A stretch of DNA of 64,000 bases from Stegostoma tigrinum (lineage: Eukaryota), in NCBI RefSeq assembly GCF_030684315.1, contig NC_081362.1:13510589-13574588 (forward strand), in the 5' to 3' direction. Of this stretch, positions 1 through 12,514 are shown piece by piece. Every line of letters starts with the position of its first letter. Within the stretch, counting starts at the first letter, position 1. Under the pieces are notes generated by a model. The model did not search any database. It had not been told where the DNA came from and saw only the letters and a program-made list of their open reading frames with translations. The position numbers were made by a program, and so were the translations under genes.

Positions 1-1189
1 AGTTGCAAAAGAGAATTCACATTCTGAAAATCCTCAGTTGAAGTGGGCTTGTTTTCTAACCTAGGCAGCATACTTCACACTTCTGCAACAGACTGCCATC
101 TAGTGCAGTAAACATGAAGCTAAATGAAGCATTTAAGAGGGAAGTAAATCTGTTCACAACTGAGCAAAGCTTGCTAAATTTCTCAGACCTTCCAAATCAG
201 AGATTATAGATTTCAAAATCACATGATTGCATAATTTAATTAACAGTTGGTCAGTATTTAGAAAACATTACCACCATTTTTTTAAAAATGTAATTCTTCT
301 TCCCCCAAATGAGTCTGTTGACCTGACTTCAATGGCAGAAAAAAACAAAATATTCGAGGAACAAATAAGAGCAAACTAAGTAGCAGAAAAGAATAAAAAG
401 CAAAGCAAAAGTAACAACTATGCAGAAGACAACAAAAGTGAATAGTTAAATAATCAATGACAAATAAAGCTGACTTTTCACAGCGAGTAACAACCAACAA
501 GAACAGCTGGCTGTAGATAAATGATAAAAATGCATAAAATGAGCAAAGCAGATGAGTGGATCCAGAGTGATGTTCTATTCACCTTGGGGCTCCAGAAAAT
601 AAAGACTCAGTTTTCAAAGTGTTTAGGTAAAAAGCCAAAGTCCACAGTGGAAGACACTAAATGCAATGCAAAATAATGCAATCAGAATGCAGAAACTTCA
701 TACAGAAAAGATACTGACTTTAGGTATCAGATAAGCGTTTTTTGGCTTCAAAAATTGCTTGAACACAACAGGCAGCACTGGATAATTGAAAAGCAATTAA
801 CAGCTCATGGACACTTTTGTTTTCTTCAGCTGTTACAGATCATACAGCAAGTCAAGCCTAATGCTGGTCTAGTAATATCAGTGATTACAGAAATTTCAGT
901 GCAATACATTAACCCCATATTTTGAACACAAGGTGTCACACAATAAAAAAGGTCCTCCAGTAAACAAATTTATTTCTCCACTATTTTCCACTACACATTT
1001 CACAAGTAGCACCAATAAAGTAGTAATTACTTCACACTTTACCCTGCAAAGGGATATGTGCAGTTTTGGTGCACTAAATGCCTCCCCCAAATCTTCCTTC
1101 CATGATTTGTATTTATTTCTCTTCCCTCAAAACCTTTTCCTCAGATTAGCCTTACAATAAATATGTATGGTGCAGAACGTTACTAGAAA

Positions 1190-1590
1190 TAAAGAAAAGG
1201 AGAGTTGAGGAGTTGTGTTTTCATTCAGATGGTTGTGGGGTCTGGGCGCATTATCTGAAAATGGCAATAGAGGCAAAAACGTTCAATCACATTTAAACAT
1301 TACTTGGGCCTGAAGTGCTCAAACTTACAAGGTTACAAGGTTACAAACCAAGTACTGGAAAGTGGGACTAGGTGGAGTAGACAGCGATAACAAGATGTAG
1401 AGCTGGATGAACACAGCAGGCCAAGCAGCAAGATTGGAAATCTTGATTGGAAATCAAGCACCAAGGAGCAGGAAAGCTGATGTTTTGGGTCAAGGACCTT
1501 CTTCAGAAATAGAGAAATGGCGGTTGAGTAACTCTTTTTTGGGCAACACAGACATCACGGGCAGAAATGTGTTATAAATTAGTATCATTC
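1190..1590 (+). mobile_element. Old CR1-like LINE 3' fragment interrupted by a Penelope-derived insert (about 1386-1510)
   Basis: Resembles the CR1 3' end (ttcattcagatggttgtgggg...); the inner segment matches the repeated gataacaag..gctggatgaacacagcaggccaagcagc unit. Confidence 0.55.
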
Positions 1591-2949
1591 TATCAACAGG
1601 AATATCATTCAGTCCATCTAGCTTAACCCTTTTCAGAAATCAATCAATACCAAAGCTATCTTTTGCCTTCTGTAATCCTCTCCAGAGAAATCCAAATCAG
1701 TCTTTACGTGAACTATTATCTTCTGAAATTTGGCATAAATCTGTCCTTTACAATCTTACACGTGATTATTTGAATCAAAGAGCCAAGCAACGTTTGTGCT
1801 ATCCTATGTGGCTAACGAATGCTTGCTAGACAGATCATCTAGTTCTTCATTCAGTGATAAATATCAAACTTGTACCACAACATCACAAAACCATAAAATC
1901 CATAATAAGATCAATTTCTCAGTCCTAAAGCAGCTCAACCAAGACTGGAACTCCAAGTACACAAAAAAAGTCAAGACAATCCTTACATATTCAATTCAAT
2001 TTCTGACTCATGGATTCAATGTCAGCTGTTCTAGACTCTCAAGCTCAGAACTACTGGGTTCAAGCAGGATTATTACCAGAACTGGTTCAATGTAAACTAT
2101 TCTGAAACATGTAAACTCCTAGATCAAAAATGAGCAGCCTTTGTTGTCCAATGGAACTCAACACTGAAAATCAAGAAGGCAGCATTCCAACCAAAGTCTG
2201 ACTCGGTAAATTGCATGGCTCTGGGGATTAAGGTTTTGAAGATTTGGATCTCAAAGAAACTCCATCACGATATTGTAACTGGGTCACCATGAAACAACTG
2301 GAACTGTCTGCAGCATGAAATCTTAAACAGGTATCTTTAAACCTGAACACACTTGGCGAGAGCCTCGCATAATAATTATAATACCTGACAGTGACTATCC
2401 ACTGCAAAGATCATGGATTGCAGCAGTTCACAAATGAAATTCACCATCATCTTCTCAACAACAATAGGGATGAGCAAAAATTACAGCCCTAAGCAGTCAT
2501 GTCCCCATCCCATGAACAAATTTAAAAAAATTAAAACCAGGTAATGTCAAGAAATTTAATTGACATATACCACAATTTCACAAACTGAGAGATAAAAGGC
2601 TCACTTGACAGTTAATCAACTTGAAAAGCAATGAAACTGGTCTTGTGAATATTCAGATAAACCATATTTCATTAGCAGTTTCAATAGCACACCAGAGAGA
2701 AGGAAAAATGATTTTTTTTAGCAACAAGCACGCTGTGCTCCAGTTTCCTCATCATCTCAAGAACAACTCCCACTGAAAATGCTAATTAGGGAAACAACCA
2801 TCCAGCAATAAGTTAAAGATGTTTTACAAACTTTGTCAGTGTTGAGAACATCAGTTTTGACTAGTATAACACTTTAACTGAAATATATGCTAAAGGGAAA
2901 TAAAATTTTGTTTTAGCTGACCAAGAAGAGTTAAAGAGAGCCAAATCAC

Positions 2950-3790
2950 CCATCCTTACCTTGGTACAACAATGTTGATTAAAAAAACTCATATTAACCC
3001 GTACCTCACAAGCCAAATATTCCACTCTTATGTGTTGAAGGACAGCCTCCATAACTTCAAAGTTACTATCGCTGAGGAAATACAACACTGGATCGGCTGC
3101 ATCAGTTCAGCATTCTACAAACAAGTGCTCAAACAAGACTTCCGCAAGTCAAAAAAGTCCAACTATATCGATTAGCTGTTGTCACCACACTCCTATAGTG
3201 CAGTGAGACCTGGACTATGTCCATGTAAAGCAGAAATGATGAGAAATCCCAGTGGTGATAAACTACCATATTCAGTAGGGATGATGTTAAACAAACACTG
3301 GTGTCTTTCTCAAAGCCAGTTCCACAAGCACTCAGGCAAAAGTCAAGCTAAATCAACTTCAACAGGCTAGGCAGTGTCAGGATGGCCAAATATCACCATC
3401 CAGCGCGAGGTCCTTTCGCTCAACTCTCAAAGAGCCAACATTTTAAGGGAGGATAAAAAAAAGACACTCTGAAGCTGTCCTTGAAACATGGCAGCTTTGA
3501 CACGAATGATTAGGAGGAGCTTACTACCCATCATTCAGAATGGCAACAGCACATCCAAAATACACCAATCTTTTGAGACACAATGTCTTAATGATGGCTG
3601 GCAGCACAGAAGGAAAGAAAAGGAAGCAAAATCCTGCACATTGGACAGACAGGGTAGGACACCCAACCATGAGGTAAGTGGGACCCAAAAATACGAAGGT
3701 CAAGAATCTGCCTATTCAATCACCCAAAGACCCGCTACAGAAACCGACAACCGCGTGAACTTCATTCAGAAATCAAGGGTAAGCTGATGA
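2950..3790 (+). mobile_element. Decayed RTE-clade LINE 3' fragment
   Basis: Frameshifted peptides EEIQHWIGCISSAF..QDFRKSKK and TLKLSLKHG.FD resemble the RTE RT C-terminal region; ends in a tgatgatga tail. Confidence 0.6.
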
Positions 3791-5115
3791 TGATTTTCTC
3801 TTGTCCTGGTCATGGTACAATTCTAAAATGGTTCTTACAAACGATATTACTTATTCTACTTAATATCATGCATTCCAAGTAGCTGTTATTAATCTCCTTT
3901 TCCAACACAAAAGTTCAAAATGTTTAACCTTTTCTAATATGACTCAGCCTCAATGATGATGTAGTTACTCTGTATCAATTCTGGACGTTGTGTTAAATAA
4001 CTTGAATTTAATTTCCTACAATTTGGTCTTTTGCAAATTTTATCTCGACCCTTCTACAATCCTTTGTTATATCAACTGATTTAATACCACTCGAATGGAA
4101 ATGCCTTGTTCTTTTCTAGTTGCTCGTGAAAGTTCTAATAAAAGGAAAATAGCTGCTTTACGAAAAATCCAAAGGCAGTACAGCGGAGCTCCTGATTTTT
4201 TTTATAATCATCAAAAGCACAGCGGGCAGGAACAAAAGAGCATTCTGTCAGTACTGTACATGTTGTGGTGCAATAAAGGTCTTGCCATCTCAATGCCAGA
4301 ACAGGCAGTACAACTGAGGCATTTGCCCACCTCCCTGGAACATCTAACTGAAATTCACTTCTGGGCATTGGCAGTGTTGTTGAGATAGGGTTTTAAAAAA
4401 TGCAAAAAGCATACTCATGTTTAAAAATAGTGCATATAAGTAACTAATCATCCAATTATATTAGTTATTTCAGCTGAGTGTCAAAAAGGGTGACACAATG
4501 AGCAGCAATTTCATTATCAGTATAGTTGTCAACAGTGTAATTGGCCTCTTTTATGTAAACATCCAACAGCTGCTACAGAGATCCACTGCAAAGTAAAGAC
4601 TTGCATGGGATTTAATTTCCACTCTTCAAGGCACAGCAGTTTTACATGACTCACACATTGCAATAGCACATCACCCAAATCAAATTTCAGATACTCATTC
4701 AAAAGAGATATAAATCATCCACTGAACATAAGAAAAAAAATTATGTTTAAATATTTTAGGCATCACTATTGTGTCATTTTTAAGAATGATTCCCTCCAGT
4801 GTATGAACATTATAGAAGAACATTTTAGTAGGTTTTCATTGTTATGGTGCACACACATTCAACCTGATACTCAACATGCAGTCAATGGAACTTCCTAAGA
4901 ATCACTTTTTCACTATACTGTTACCATCAACTTGCTTTGTTCATATTGAAATCCACACCATGCCAAAATGACCACTTCTAGGCACCACATAAAATGACAA
5001 TAATGTTTAATAAGACGATGGCCCCTTAAGAACCAAGTAGAGAGTGATCATGCTTCCCTTGAACCAATTAGCAAAAAGCTTCACCAAACAGAAGCCAATC
5101 AGGATCTAATTGATA

Positions 5116-5215
5116 GTTCTGAGGGTCACTGGTCACAAAACATTACCACTGCTTTCTTTCTTCACAGATGCTGCCAGACCTTCTGAGCTTCTCCAGCAAC
5201 TCCTGATTTTGTTTG
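5116..5215 (+). mobile_element. Penelope-derived terminal fragment (family B), degenerate hammerhead
   Basis: cacagatgctgccagacc..ctgagcttctccagcaac matches the copies at 10350 and 14803. Confidence 0.65.
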
Positions 5216-5597
5216 TAATTGATAATGCTGTGGGTTGTGGTTTCAAAACAGTTAAAAGCAACTACTTTCAGTGGCCAAGACACACAGGAAATTTAAAGTT
5301 ATCCTGTTTCCAACGCTAAGTGGAAGGGGTATTGGTAAGAAACTAAAAGATCGGGTGCCAATCTGTACCCTAAGCTGAATCAGAATGCAAAAGCCGTATT
5401 ACTTCCATCACTGCCCTGCTTTAAGAAGTATCATTTACAAGTAAAAGTTTCCTGAGTTACTACATTAGAGTGTCTCCTATTGCCCTATCGGTTAAAATCT
5501 CAAACGACCAATATGGGGATGAGTTTAACTTTAAAAACCCCTAAAGCTTGCATGGTCTCACAAAATCCAAAACAAGATTAGCACGAACCATTTCGTA

Positions 5598-5725
5598 AAG
5601 AGGAAACAAAAGGCCTGCATAATGGTACACAAAAGATCATCAGAAGTGTGTGGTCACATCAGCCTCTGTCAATGGTAAGAAAGCACCTCCTGTTACGCTG
5701 CTATTCTACAGAAATATGGATGATG
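5598..5725 (+). repeat. 128-bp direct repeat, copy 1
   Basis: Matches 6914-7041 with 5 substitutions by eye. Confidence 0.9.
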
Positions 5726-5789
5726 ACTATTAATCCCAAAGTAAGAATGGTGCTCACCCTAAGAATGAAAAATTGGAACAAAACTGTAT

Positions 5790-6536
5790 CTCAGTATCAG
5801 CAAAACTGAAGAACTGATCATTGACTTCAGGAATAAAGGAGGATGACACACCCCTATCTACGTCAATGGAGCTGAGGTGGACAGAGTTGAGAATGTCAAG
5901 TTCCCAGGAGTGATGATAACCAGCAATCTGTCCTGGTCCTCCCATCTAGATGCGATGGTCAAGAAGGCAGAACAATGCCTCCTCTCCCTCAGAAGGCCTA
6001 GGAAATTCAAACATGTCCATGATGACCGTCACCGACCTTTATAAATGTATCACTGAAAGCATTCTATCTGGGTGCATAACGGCTTGGTATGGAAACTGTT
6101 CTGCTCAGGACCGCAAGAAACAGAACACAGCCCAGACCATCATGCAAGCCAACCTCCCGTCTATGGACTTCATCTACATTTCTTGTTGCCACAGAAAGGC
6201 AGGCAACATCATCAAAGACCCCTTCAACTCTGGTAATACACTCTTCCAACCTCTTTCGCCAGGTTGAAGATACAGAAGCTTAAACACATGCACCAATAGG
6301 TTCAAGAACAGCTTCCTCCCTGCTGCTAGTAGACGACTGAATGGACCTCTAATTTCAAATCTAGTATTGAACTTGCTTCTGTGTACCTCGTGGGCAGCTG
6401 TAATCTTGTATGCCCCGCTCTGTCTAAACATCCAATGATCTGTACGTTCTTGTATGTTATTATCTGCCTGTGCTGCACACAAAACAAAACTTTTCACTGT
6501 ACATACGTAAAGTGACAAAAATAAATCAAATCAAAA
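5790..6536 (+). mobile_element. Rex1/Babar-like non-LTR retrotransposon, 5'-truncated
   Basis: Peptides ESILSGCITAWYGNCSAQDRKK, NIIKDP and TNRFKNSF.PAA; AATAAA followed by a (TCAAA)n tail. Confidence 0.75.
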
Positions 6537-6913
6537 TATGAAAACAGTACTTTACTCCTTTAAATCCATGATAGAAAATGGGTTTCATAAAGCACGAAAA
6601 CTGTTGGAGTCAGGTTACGTTTTCAGAGAACTGGTGAAAAGTTTCGTTCTGCAGTTGAATTGTGCTGTTTGAAATCCAAAATGTACAGATTATACGCGTT
6701 GGTTTTGTGAATATCAGTACCATTTTCCACTACTGTAACCTAACTGATTACTGGTTAGTACTAGACAAATCATATTCCAGAATGGATTTTTTTTAGTTGA
6801 AGTGATGGGCATTCACTGAAACAGACAAACTGCTGATATGGAAGTTTCATAAGTTAAACTTGTACATCAAGATAAATGCGCATTCTTTGCATTGTCCTAT
6901 ACCCCTTTCCAAG

Positions 6914-7041
6914 AAGAGGAAACAAAAGACCTGCATAATGGTACACAAAAGATCATCAGAAGTGTGTGGTCACATCAGCCTCTGTCCACGGTAAGAAAGC
7001 ACCTCCTGTTATGCTGCTATTCCACAGAAATATGGATGATG
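6914..7041 (+). repeat. 128-bp direct repeat, copy 2
   Basis: Matches 5598-5725. Confidence 0.9.
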
Positions 7042-8019
7042 TGACCCATTCAGATCGCCTCCAAAATTGCCCTAAAAGTTTTCCATCTCTGGTTTTTTTT
7101 TTAAACTTGAAATCAATCCTTGATTGTTCTAAACCAAAAGCAACTAATGCTTTTCAATAGTTATCCCTTGTCATAAACACCACAGCATAAATAACCTTCG
7201 ATACATACTTCAGGAGGTTGCAATCACCTGCTTTCTGGATTAAGTCAAGGTTTTGGTAAGGTTCTCTGATCTTTATCTTTCTCACCCATCCCCAGAAAGG
7301 AACCAACACTGTTATGCCGCTTGTTTGAAACACAAACTCAAAAAATAACGTTCATACGATCTGTAAATCACATACCTTTCATCACACCACTAACCCTGTG
7401 ACTAACTATCAAGCATTGTTGTTGTAGAACTGATGAACACAGAAGAGAATAAATATGTTCAAAATTATAGATATGATTGTGTGCTTTTTAAGTAATTTAT
7501 TTTGTAAAATTATTAGGCCAATGCTATCCTCCCCTGAAGATGTCACTTTTGCAGAAAACTGTCTCGTGGCTATTCTTCTGCATGAAACTTGATAATGAGT
7601 ATCAGCAGGTACTTAACAATGTGGTTGAAAAATGAAAACCAGTGTTTACATACATGCACTTTCTAGCATGGGTCACTGAACAGTAATCAAGAGCAGGAGT
7701 TCTGGCAGCCCTTTTCCACTTCCTGACATGTGAATTAAGAAGCATTATAGTATTTTACAGACACTCCAGCAGAGATCAACTATTACAGCCTCAACCAGGA
7801 TGCAACCTGAAACATTCCTGGTCCAATTATCTCAGTTCCATACTGCGTGATGCCATTACCAAACAAGTCATCTGGGGAAATACATGTGCTGAGTTACAAA
7901 AATTTACCTTAATCCCATTTTATGTGCACACACACATATCTAATTTTAAAAAGAAGGTTCAAAAGCAAATGAGGCTAAACCAGATGATGCGGACGCCCAG
8001 CTTATAATATCTAACATAC

Positions 8020-8044
8020 ATTTTATTTGGGATAAGTTCTGCAT
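8020..8044 (-). CDS. KIZ: Possible KIZ exon 4 start (MQNLSQIK...); 3' boundary uncertain
   Basis: tatttccccAG acceptor in phase with exon 3; reading MQNLSQIKCML resembles recalled human LEYETQIKKML. Best donor is T|GTATGT at 8019; the frame stops near 7946. Confidence 0.4.
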
Positions 8045-8600
8045 CTGGGGAAATACAAGTTGAGAAATAATTCAAGTTGAATCTTTTGTTTGCCAATTTT
8101 AAACCCAAATTTAAAACTGAGGCTATCAACATGACAGCCACTAAGTATAAGATCGTCAAAAAATTCTTTCAGTTGATGAACAAACACCAGAAGACTGAAT
8201 GAGGTTCTACATGGAATAACATTATTTAAACCAAAATCAATTCCAAATATACATTGGAAGAACGCAGAGTGAAAGAAAAAGGGTTTCAAGTCCATTTTTA
8301 TACAACAGATATATTTGTAGTAAAACACAACCTTCCTAACTCTTATCTAAATTCATCACACTGTATGTATATCTGGCAAAAACAAAATTATATTACACAT
8401 GGAACTGTTTCAGATTAATACATGGAAGTAATTTCAAGGGAATGATCTTCACTTGCAGATCATATAAAGATTACAAACTACTTTGTGTTTTGTAACTTCC
8501 TCTAAAATCTACGATGAGGACACTGTCCTGTAATCACTTTTAACTACACCATAATTAAAAACTTTTCAAATTTTAATCTACTAAATAGCAAATTCTCTAC

Positions 8601-8757
8601 CTTCATTTGCTTCAGCATGTCTGAACCTGACGTTAATGCTGCAACCTGGGCTTCAATGTTTTCAAAATCCTTGAGCAATTGACAGTTACGAAGCCGAGCT
8701 TTCCTCTCCCGTTCATGTAATTCGTTCAAGTAACTTTTCAGCCTGGCTCTTTTTAGC
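8601..8757 (-). CDS. KIZ: KIZ coding exon 3, 157 nt ((M)LKRARLKSYLNELHERERKARLRNCQLLKDFENIEAQVAALTSGSDMLKQMK)
   Basis: tttcccaattccAG acceptor and AAG|GTAGAG donor; lies in ORF 8544..8828. Coiled-coil peptide resembles recalled human LKYVKLKNYLKEICESEKKAHTRNQEYLKRFERVQA. Confidence 0.9.
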
Positions 8758-9335
8758 CTGGAATTGGGAAAAATAAACAAGAACTTTCTTTCATAACACT
8801 GCAAATGCATTACACAGGAGCTCGGCAATAGGAAAAACTAGACCTACTTAATATCTGAAGATAGCAACTCAAATCTATGTAATTTAAAACAATAATTCAG
8901 GTCACAGAATGAGTAAAACAAAAAAATGACACCAATACTAATGCAAGAAAAGATTAATGCAAGTCAGCAAGCAATAACAACATGTTCTGATATGAGCCCA
9001 TCTATGCATGGTTGGTCTGTGGTCAACATTTCAAAACTTCACTGACCATGTTTGTTTTAAATCTTCCTTTCCTGAAGGTGCTGATCTTTCAGGGATGCAG
9101 TTCCATCTGCAATAGCCTTCTTCATGTATATGCCTCAATAATAAAAGGTATATACTTTGATCCTAGTGTCAAATATCAGATTCCTAGAGCAGCAATAATA
9201 AAGCCCACAAAATGTTTGCTGGATGTCCTGATGTCCCCAGAATTTCCTCATTTTTCAGCTGTGTTGACTTCCTAGTCTGAACTGGGTCCATCTTTGGGAA
9301 CTTATCAGATAACAACACATTAGAAGTAACACAAG

Positions 9336-9517
9336 GATAGTAGGAACTGCAGATGCTGGAGAATGAGATAACAAGGGGTAGAGCTGAATGAACACAGCAG
9401 GCGAAGCAGCATCAGAGGAGCAGGAAAGCTGACGTTTTGGCGTGAGACCCTTCCTGATATGTCAGCTTTCCTGCTCGGCCTGCTGTGTTCATCCAGCTCT
9501 ACACGTTGTTATCTCAA
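9336..9517. mobile_element. Palindromic Penelope-derived insert (family A)
   Basis: Two inverted arms of the family A unit; flanked by the direct repeat aagtaacaca. Confidence 0.8.
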
Positions 9518-10125
9518 AAGTAACACAGGGTGGCAGTTCTTAATTGAAGGGACACATTAGCTGTTAAGGGCGGAATGAGACCGATAACAGGGACTACGTC
9601 AACTTAATATTTAGATGCATATTTGGACATTCTCTTGGAAGGAGGGTTTCAATGCTTGACATTCTGGGGTTACTTCTCTCAGAAATCTCTCTATTAGATG
9701 GATTTCATTGAAAATCAAGTGTCTAAACATGAAGGACCTCTGAAGTCAGGCACGGTAATGCCAGCCAGTACTGCAGCAGATCAAGTAGGTGGATGGAAAC
9801 AGTTTGCTCTCCTCCTGTTATGCCACAGCTAAGGCTGCATGTTTACCCCTAAGAAACATGTATTTGACAAATTAACTTCATTATAGAACAATGCATCATG
9901 GGAAGAGTTGTGAGACTCTGAAAAACAAATAGTTAATCGGAAGCAAGAAAGGACTGATCTCTGCTAATGCTACATTTACCACTAGAAGTAACAAGTTTGG
10001 TTAATAGACCACGAGGAAGCAAGTTATGTTAACGTTGTGTAGAATATTGATTAGACTATACTTTGAATTATGGAAATAGTTCTGGTCTCTTTAATATGAA
10101 AGGGATACAGGAAAACAATACTTAC

Positions 10126-10188
10126 ATCCACTGACTTGACTTCCTACATTTCAAAAGGCTCTGCTCCAGGTCCAGTCTTTGTTGCTCA
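10126..10188 (-). CDS. KIZ: KIZ coding exon 2, 63 nt ((S)EQQRLDLEQSLLKCRKSSQW + AT)
   Basis: Poly-T tract + AG acceptor, GTAAGT donor, phase 2-2. Resembles recalled human SEKKRLDLEKKL. Too short to appear in the ORF track. Confidence 0.9.
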
Positions 10189-10349
10189 CTAAAAAAAAAA
10201 TGTTTTTGGAAGAATTCACAAACAAGTGTTTTGCAGTTATAAAGGAAACAGGATTGAGAAATCTCATCCACTTTCAATATAAAGGCAAGGCTGTCCTATT
10301 ATCAAGAAAAAAAGCTAACCTGATGTCAACCAAATGGTTTTAAAGTTTA

Positions 10350-10525
10350 CAAAAACAATGTTGCTGGAAAAGCTCAGCAGGTCTGGCAGCATCTGTGGAG
10401 GAGAAAACAGAGTTAATGTTTCGAGTCTGGTGACCCTTCCTCAGAACTCAGTTGCCAGACCCGCTGAGCGTTTCCAGAAACTTTGTTTTTGTTCCTGATT
10501 TACAGCATCTGCAGTTCTTTTGGTT
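10350..10525. mobile_element. Palindromic Penelope-derived insert (family B)
   Basis: Inverted arms ctggaaaagctcagcaggtctggca / tgccagacccgctgagcgtttccag; ggttttaaagtt on both sides. Confidence 0.8.
10412..10447 (-). ncRNA. Minimal hammerhead ribozyme motif (family B)
   Basis: gtt-CTGAGGA-A-GGGTC-acca-GACTC-GAAA-CATT-aac: core boxes, 5-bp stem II, and stem I pairing agtt/aact. Confidence 0.6.
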
Positions 10526-10950
10526 TTAAAGTTAATTCAGTCAATACAACCTCTGGTAATTGTATATTGTTGATTCATTCACAGAATGTGGGCATCATTG
10601 GAAAAGCCAGCATTTACTATCCACTTCTAATTTGCTTTGAGATGGTGGTGGTGAACCACCAAATTATGAGCAATTATACAATTTATGAATCAATGCAACT
10701 CTTACGAATTCAATACAAATTAATACATAAAACACATTAAATGGTAGTTTCATACTTTTGATGTTATTGCACATGGAATCAAGCTTTATAAACATGGCTT
10801 TTAAGTAAGATCAAGAACAGAGTACAGCATTAAGGAATAGATGTGTTTTTCCAACACCAAAGTTTATCATGCAAAATCATGCATCATGAAACATTTGAAT
10901 AAACTCCTGTCTTTTAGATCACCGATTTGCACTTTAAGTAAATATTTTAT

Positions 10951-11150
10951 GGGCGGCACAGTGGGTTAGCACTTCTGCGTCACAGTTCCAGAGACTCTGA
11001 TTCAATTCCAGTCTTGGGTAACTGTCTGTGTGGAGTTTGCATGTTCTCCCTATGTCCGCGTGGGTTTCTACCAGGTGCTCCAGTTTCCTCCCACTGTCCA
11101 AAGACGTGCAGGTTAGGTGGATTCGTCATGATAAATGTAGGGTTATGGAG
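10951..11150 (+). mobile_element. tRNA-derived SINE, HE1/V-SINE-like
   Basis: gggcggcacagtgg..ttagcact head with A/B-box remnants; V-domain ctgtgtggagtttgcatgttctccc..ggtttcctcccac.gtccaaaga. Confidence 0.8.
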
Positions 11151-12090
11151 GTAGACTCAGGTTTTTAAAAGCTTATGTTACAGAATTACGTCACATTACA
11201 AAATTCTAATAGGATTGTGCTATTTCTTTTGGAGTTCATTACTTACAACACAATTTCATCACATTCCACAATGCAATGCGACAACCACATACACTGATTC
11301 ACTCAAAAACTTGTTTTCCAAATTTATTTTTGGCCTCTCCGTATCATGTATGCCACCACTAAATCATAAAAACTTAAGGGACAAACAAATAACATTGGAT
11401 TTATCTCGGAAGATGCACTCATCCCATCTCAACCTCCTCTAATCTTTCTAAAACAATGGTTACCTGGTCCACTAAAGCTCTTCAATCACATTACTACCAT
11501 TAACATAGTGACCAGACCAATTTCTTTCAGACCAACAAAGTACAGATAGAAGGATCTTCACCAGTTCCTTGATTCCTTCATTCTTGCCCTATGTCTGTTT
11601 CACAAAGTATAGCTGTTCAAGAGAAAGCTGTTTACACTCATTTTATGCTGTGTCAAGGTGGTGGTCACAATGCAGCAGTAATGTCACTCAACTAGAAATC
11701 CAGAGCTACAGGCTAATTTTCTGGGGACATGGGTTCTGCATGGTTTATAATTTAAGCAAAGGTTGGCAATTAACTGGCGCATTTTCCACAGCAAAATCGC
11801 CACTAAAGTCTATGTGCCAACCAATCTGTGCTTTCCTCTCATACAGTATAAATTCTCTTTTCCCCTTACATTGACATTCTCACAAATTATCCTGATGGGT
11901 GAAAGATGGGAATTTTTGACAAAATGATTTTATTCAGCAATACTCAAATTTTGAAATACCCAATGACTCAACTGTTTTCTTTTGATATGCATACACCAAA
12001 TGCACAACATTCTTTTGCCTTGTGACACTATGTTGCCAATTATATACATTGCTGAAATTGGTTGGTACAAATACAACAAATATCCTCAAG

Positions 12091-12338
12091 TGAGATAACA
12101 AGGTATAGAGCTGGATGAACACAGCAGGCCAAACAGCATCAGAGGAGCAGGAAAGCTGATGTTTCTGGCCTAGACCCTTCTTCAGAAATGAATTCAGAAA
12201 AGATTTTCTGAAAAAGGGTGTAGGCCCGAAACGTCAACTTTCCTGCTTCTCTGATGCTACTTGGCCTGCTGTGTTCATCCAATTCTACACCTTGTTATCT
12301 CAGATTCTCCAGCATCGGCAGTTCCAACTATCTGAAAC
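12091..12338. mobile_element. Palindromic Penelope-derived insert (family A) with 12-bp TSD
   Basis: Inverted arms of about 100 bp meeting at two hammerhead remnants; aatatcctcaag at 12079-12090 and 12339-12350. Confidence 0.85.
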
Positions 12339-12514
12339 AATATCCTCAAGCAAAGAGTTACAAAAAAGTATGTTTAATGAAGCCCTCACTAATTTGCACA
12401 TCCAAGCCAATGGCGGTGCTTTCATTTGTAATGTCCAGAACATATCAAGGAGTCCGTGTACTATCTAAAAAGGCAGTATTACTTTCAATACCTTTCAAAA
12501 CTTCAGCAGCATTA

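Noticed and set aside
583-656. 74-nt exon-like segment on the minus strand (tttAG ... AAG|GTGAAT)
   Set aside because: Two frames contain stops and the open frame shows no resemblance to KIZ.
10951-11020. tRNA gene
   Set aside because: It is the degenerate tRNA-derived head of a SINE and continues into the V-domain.
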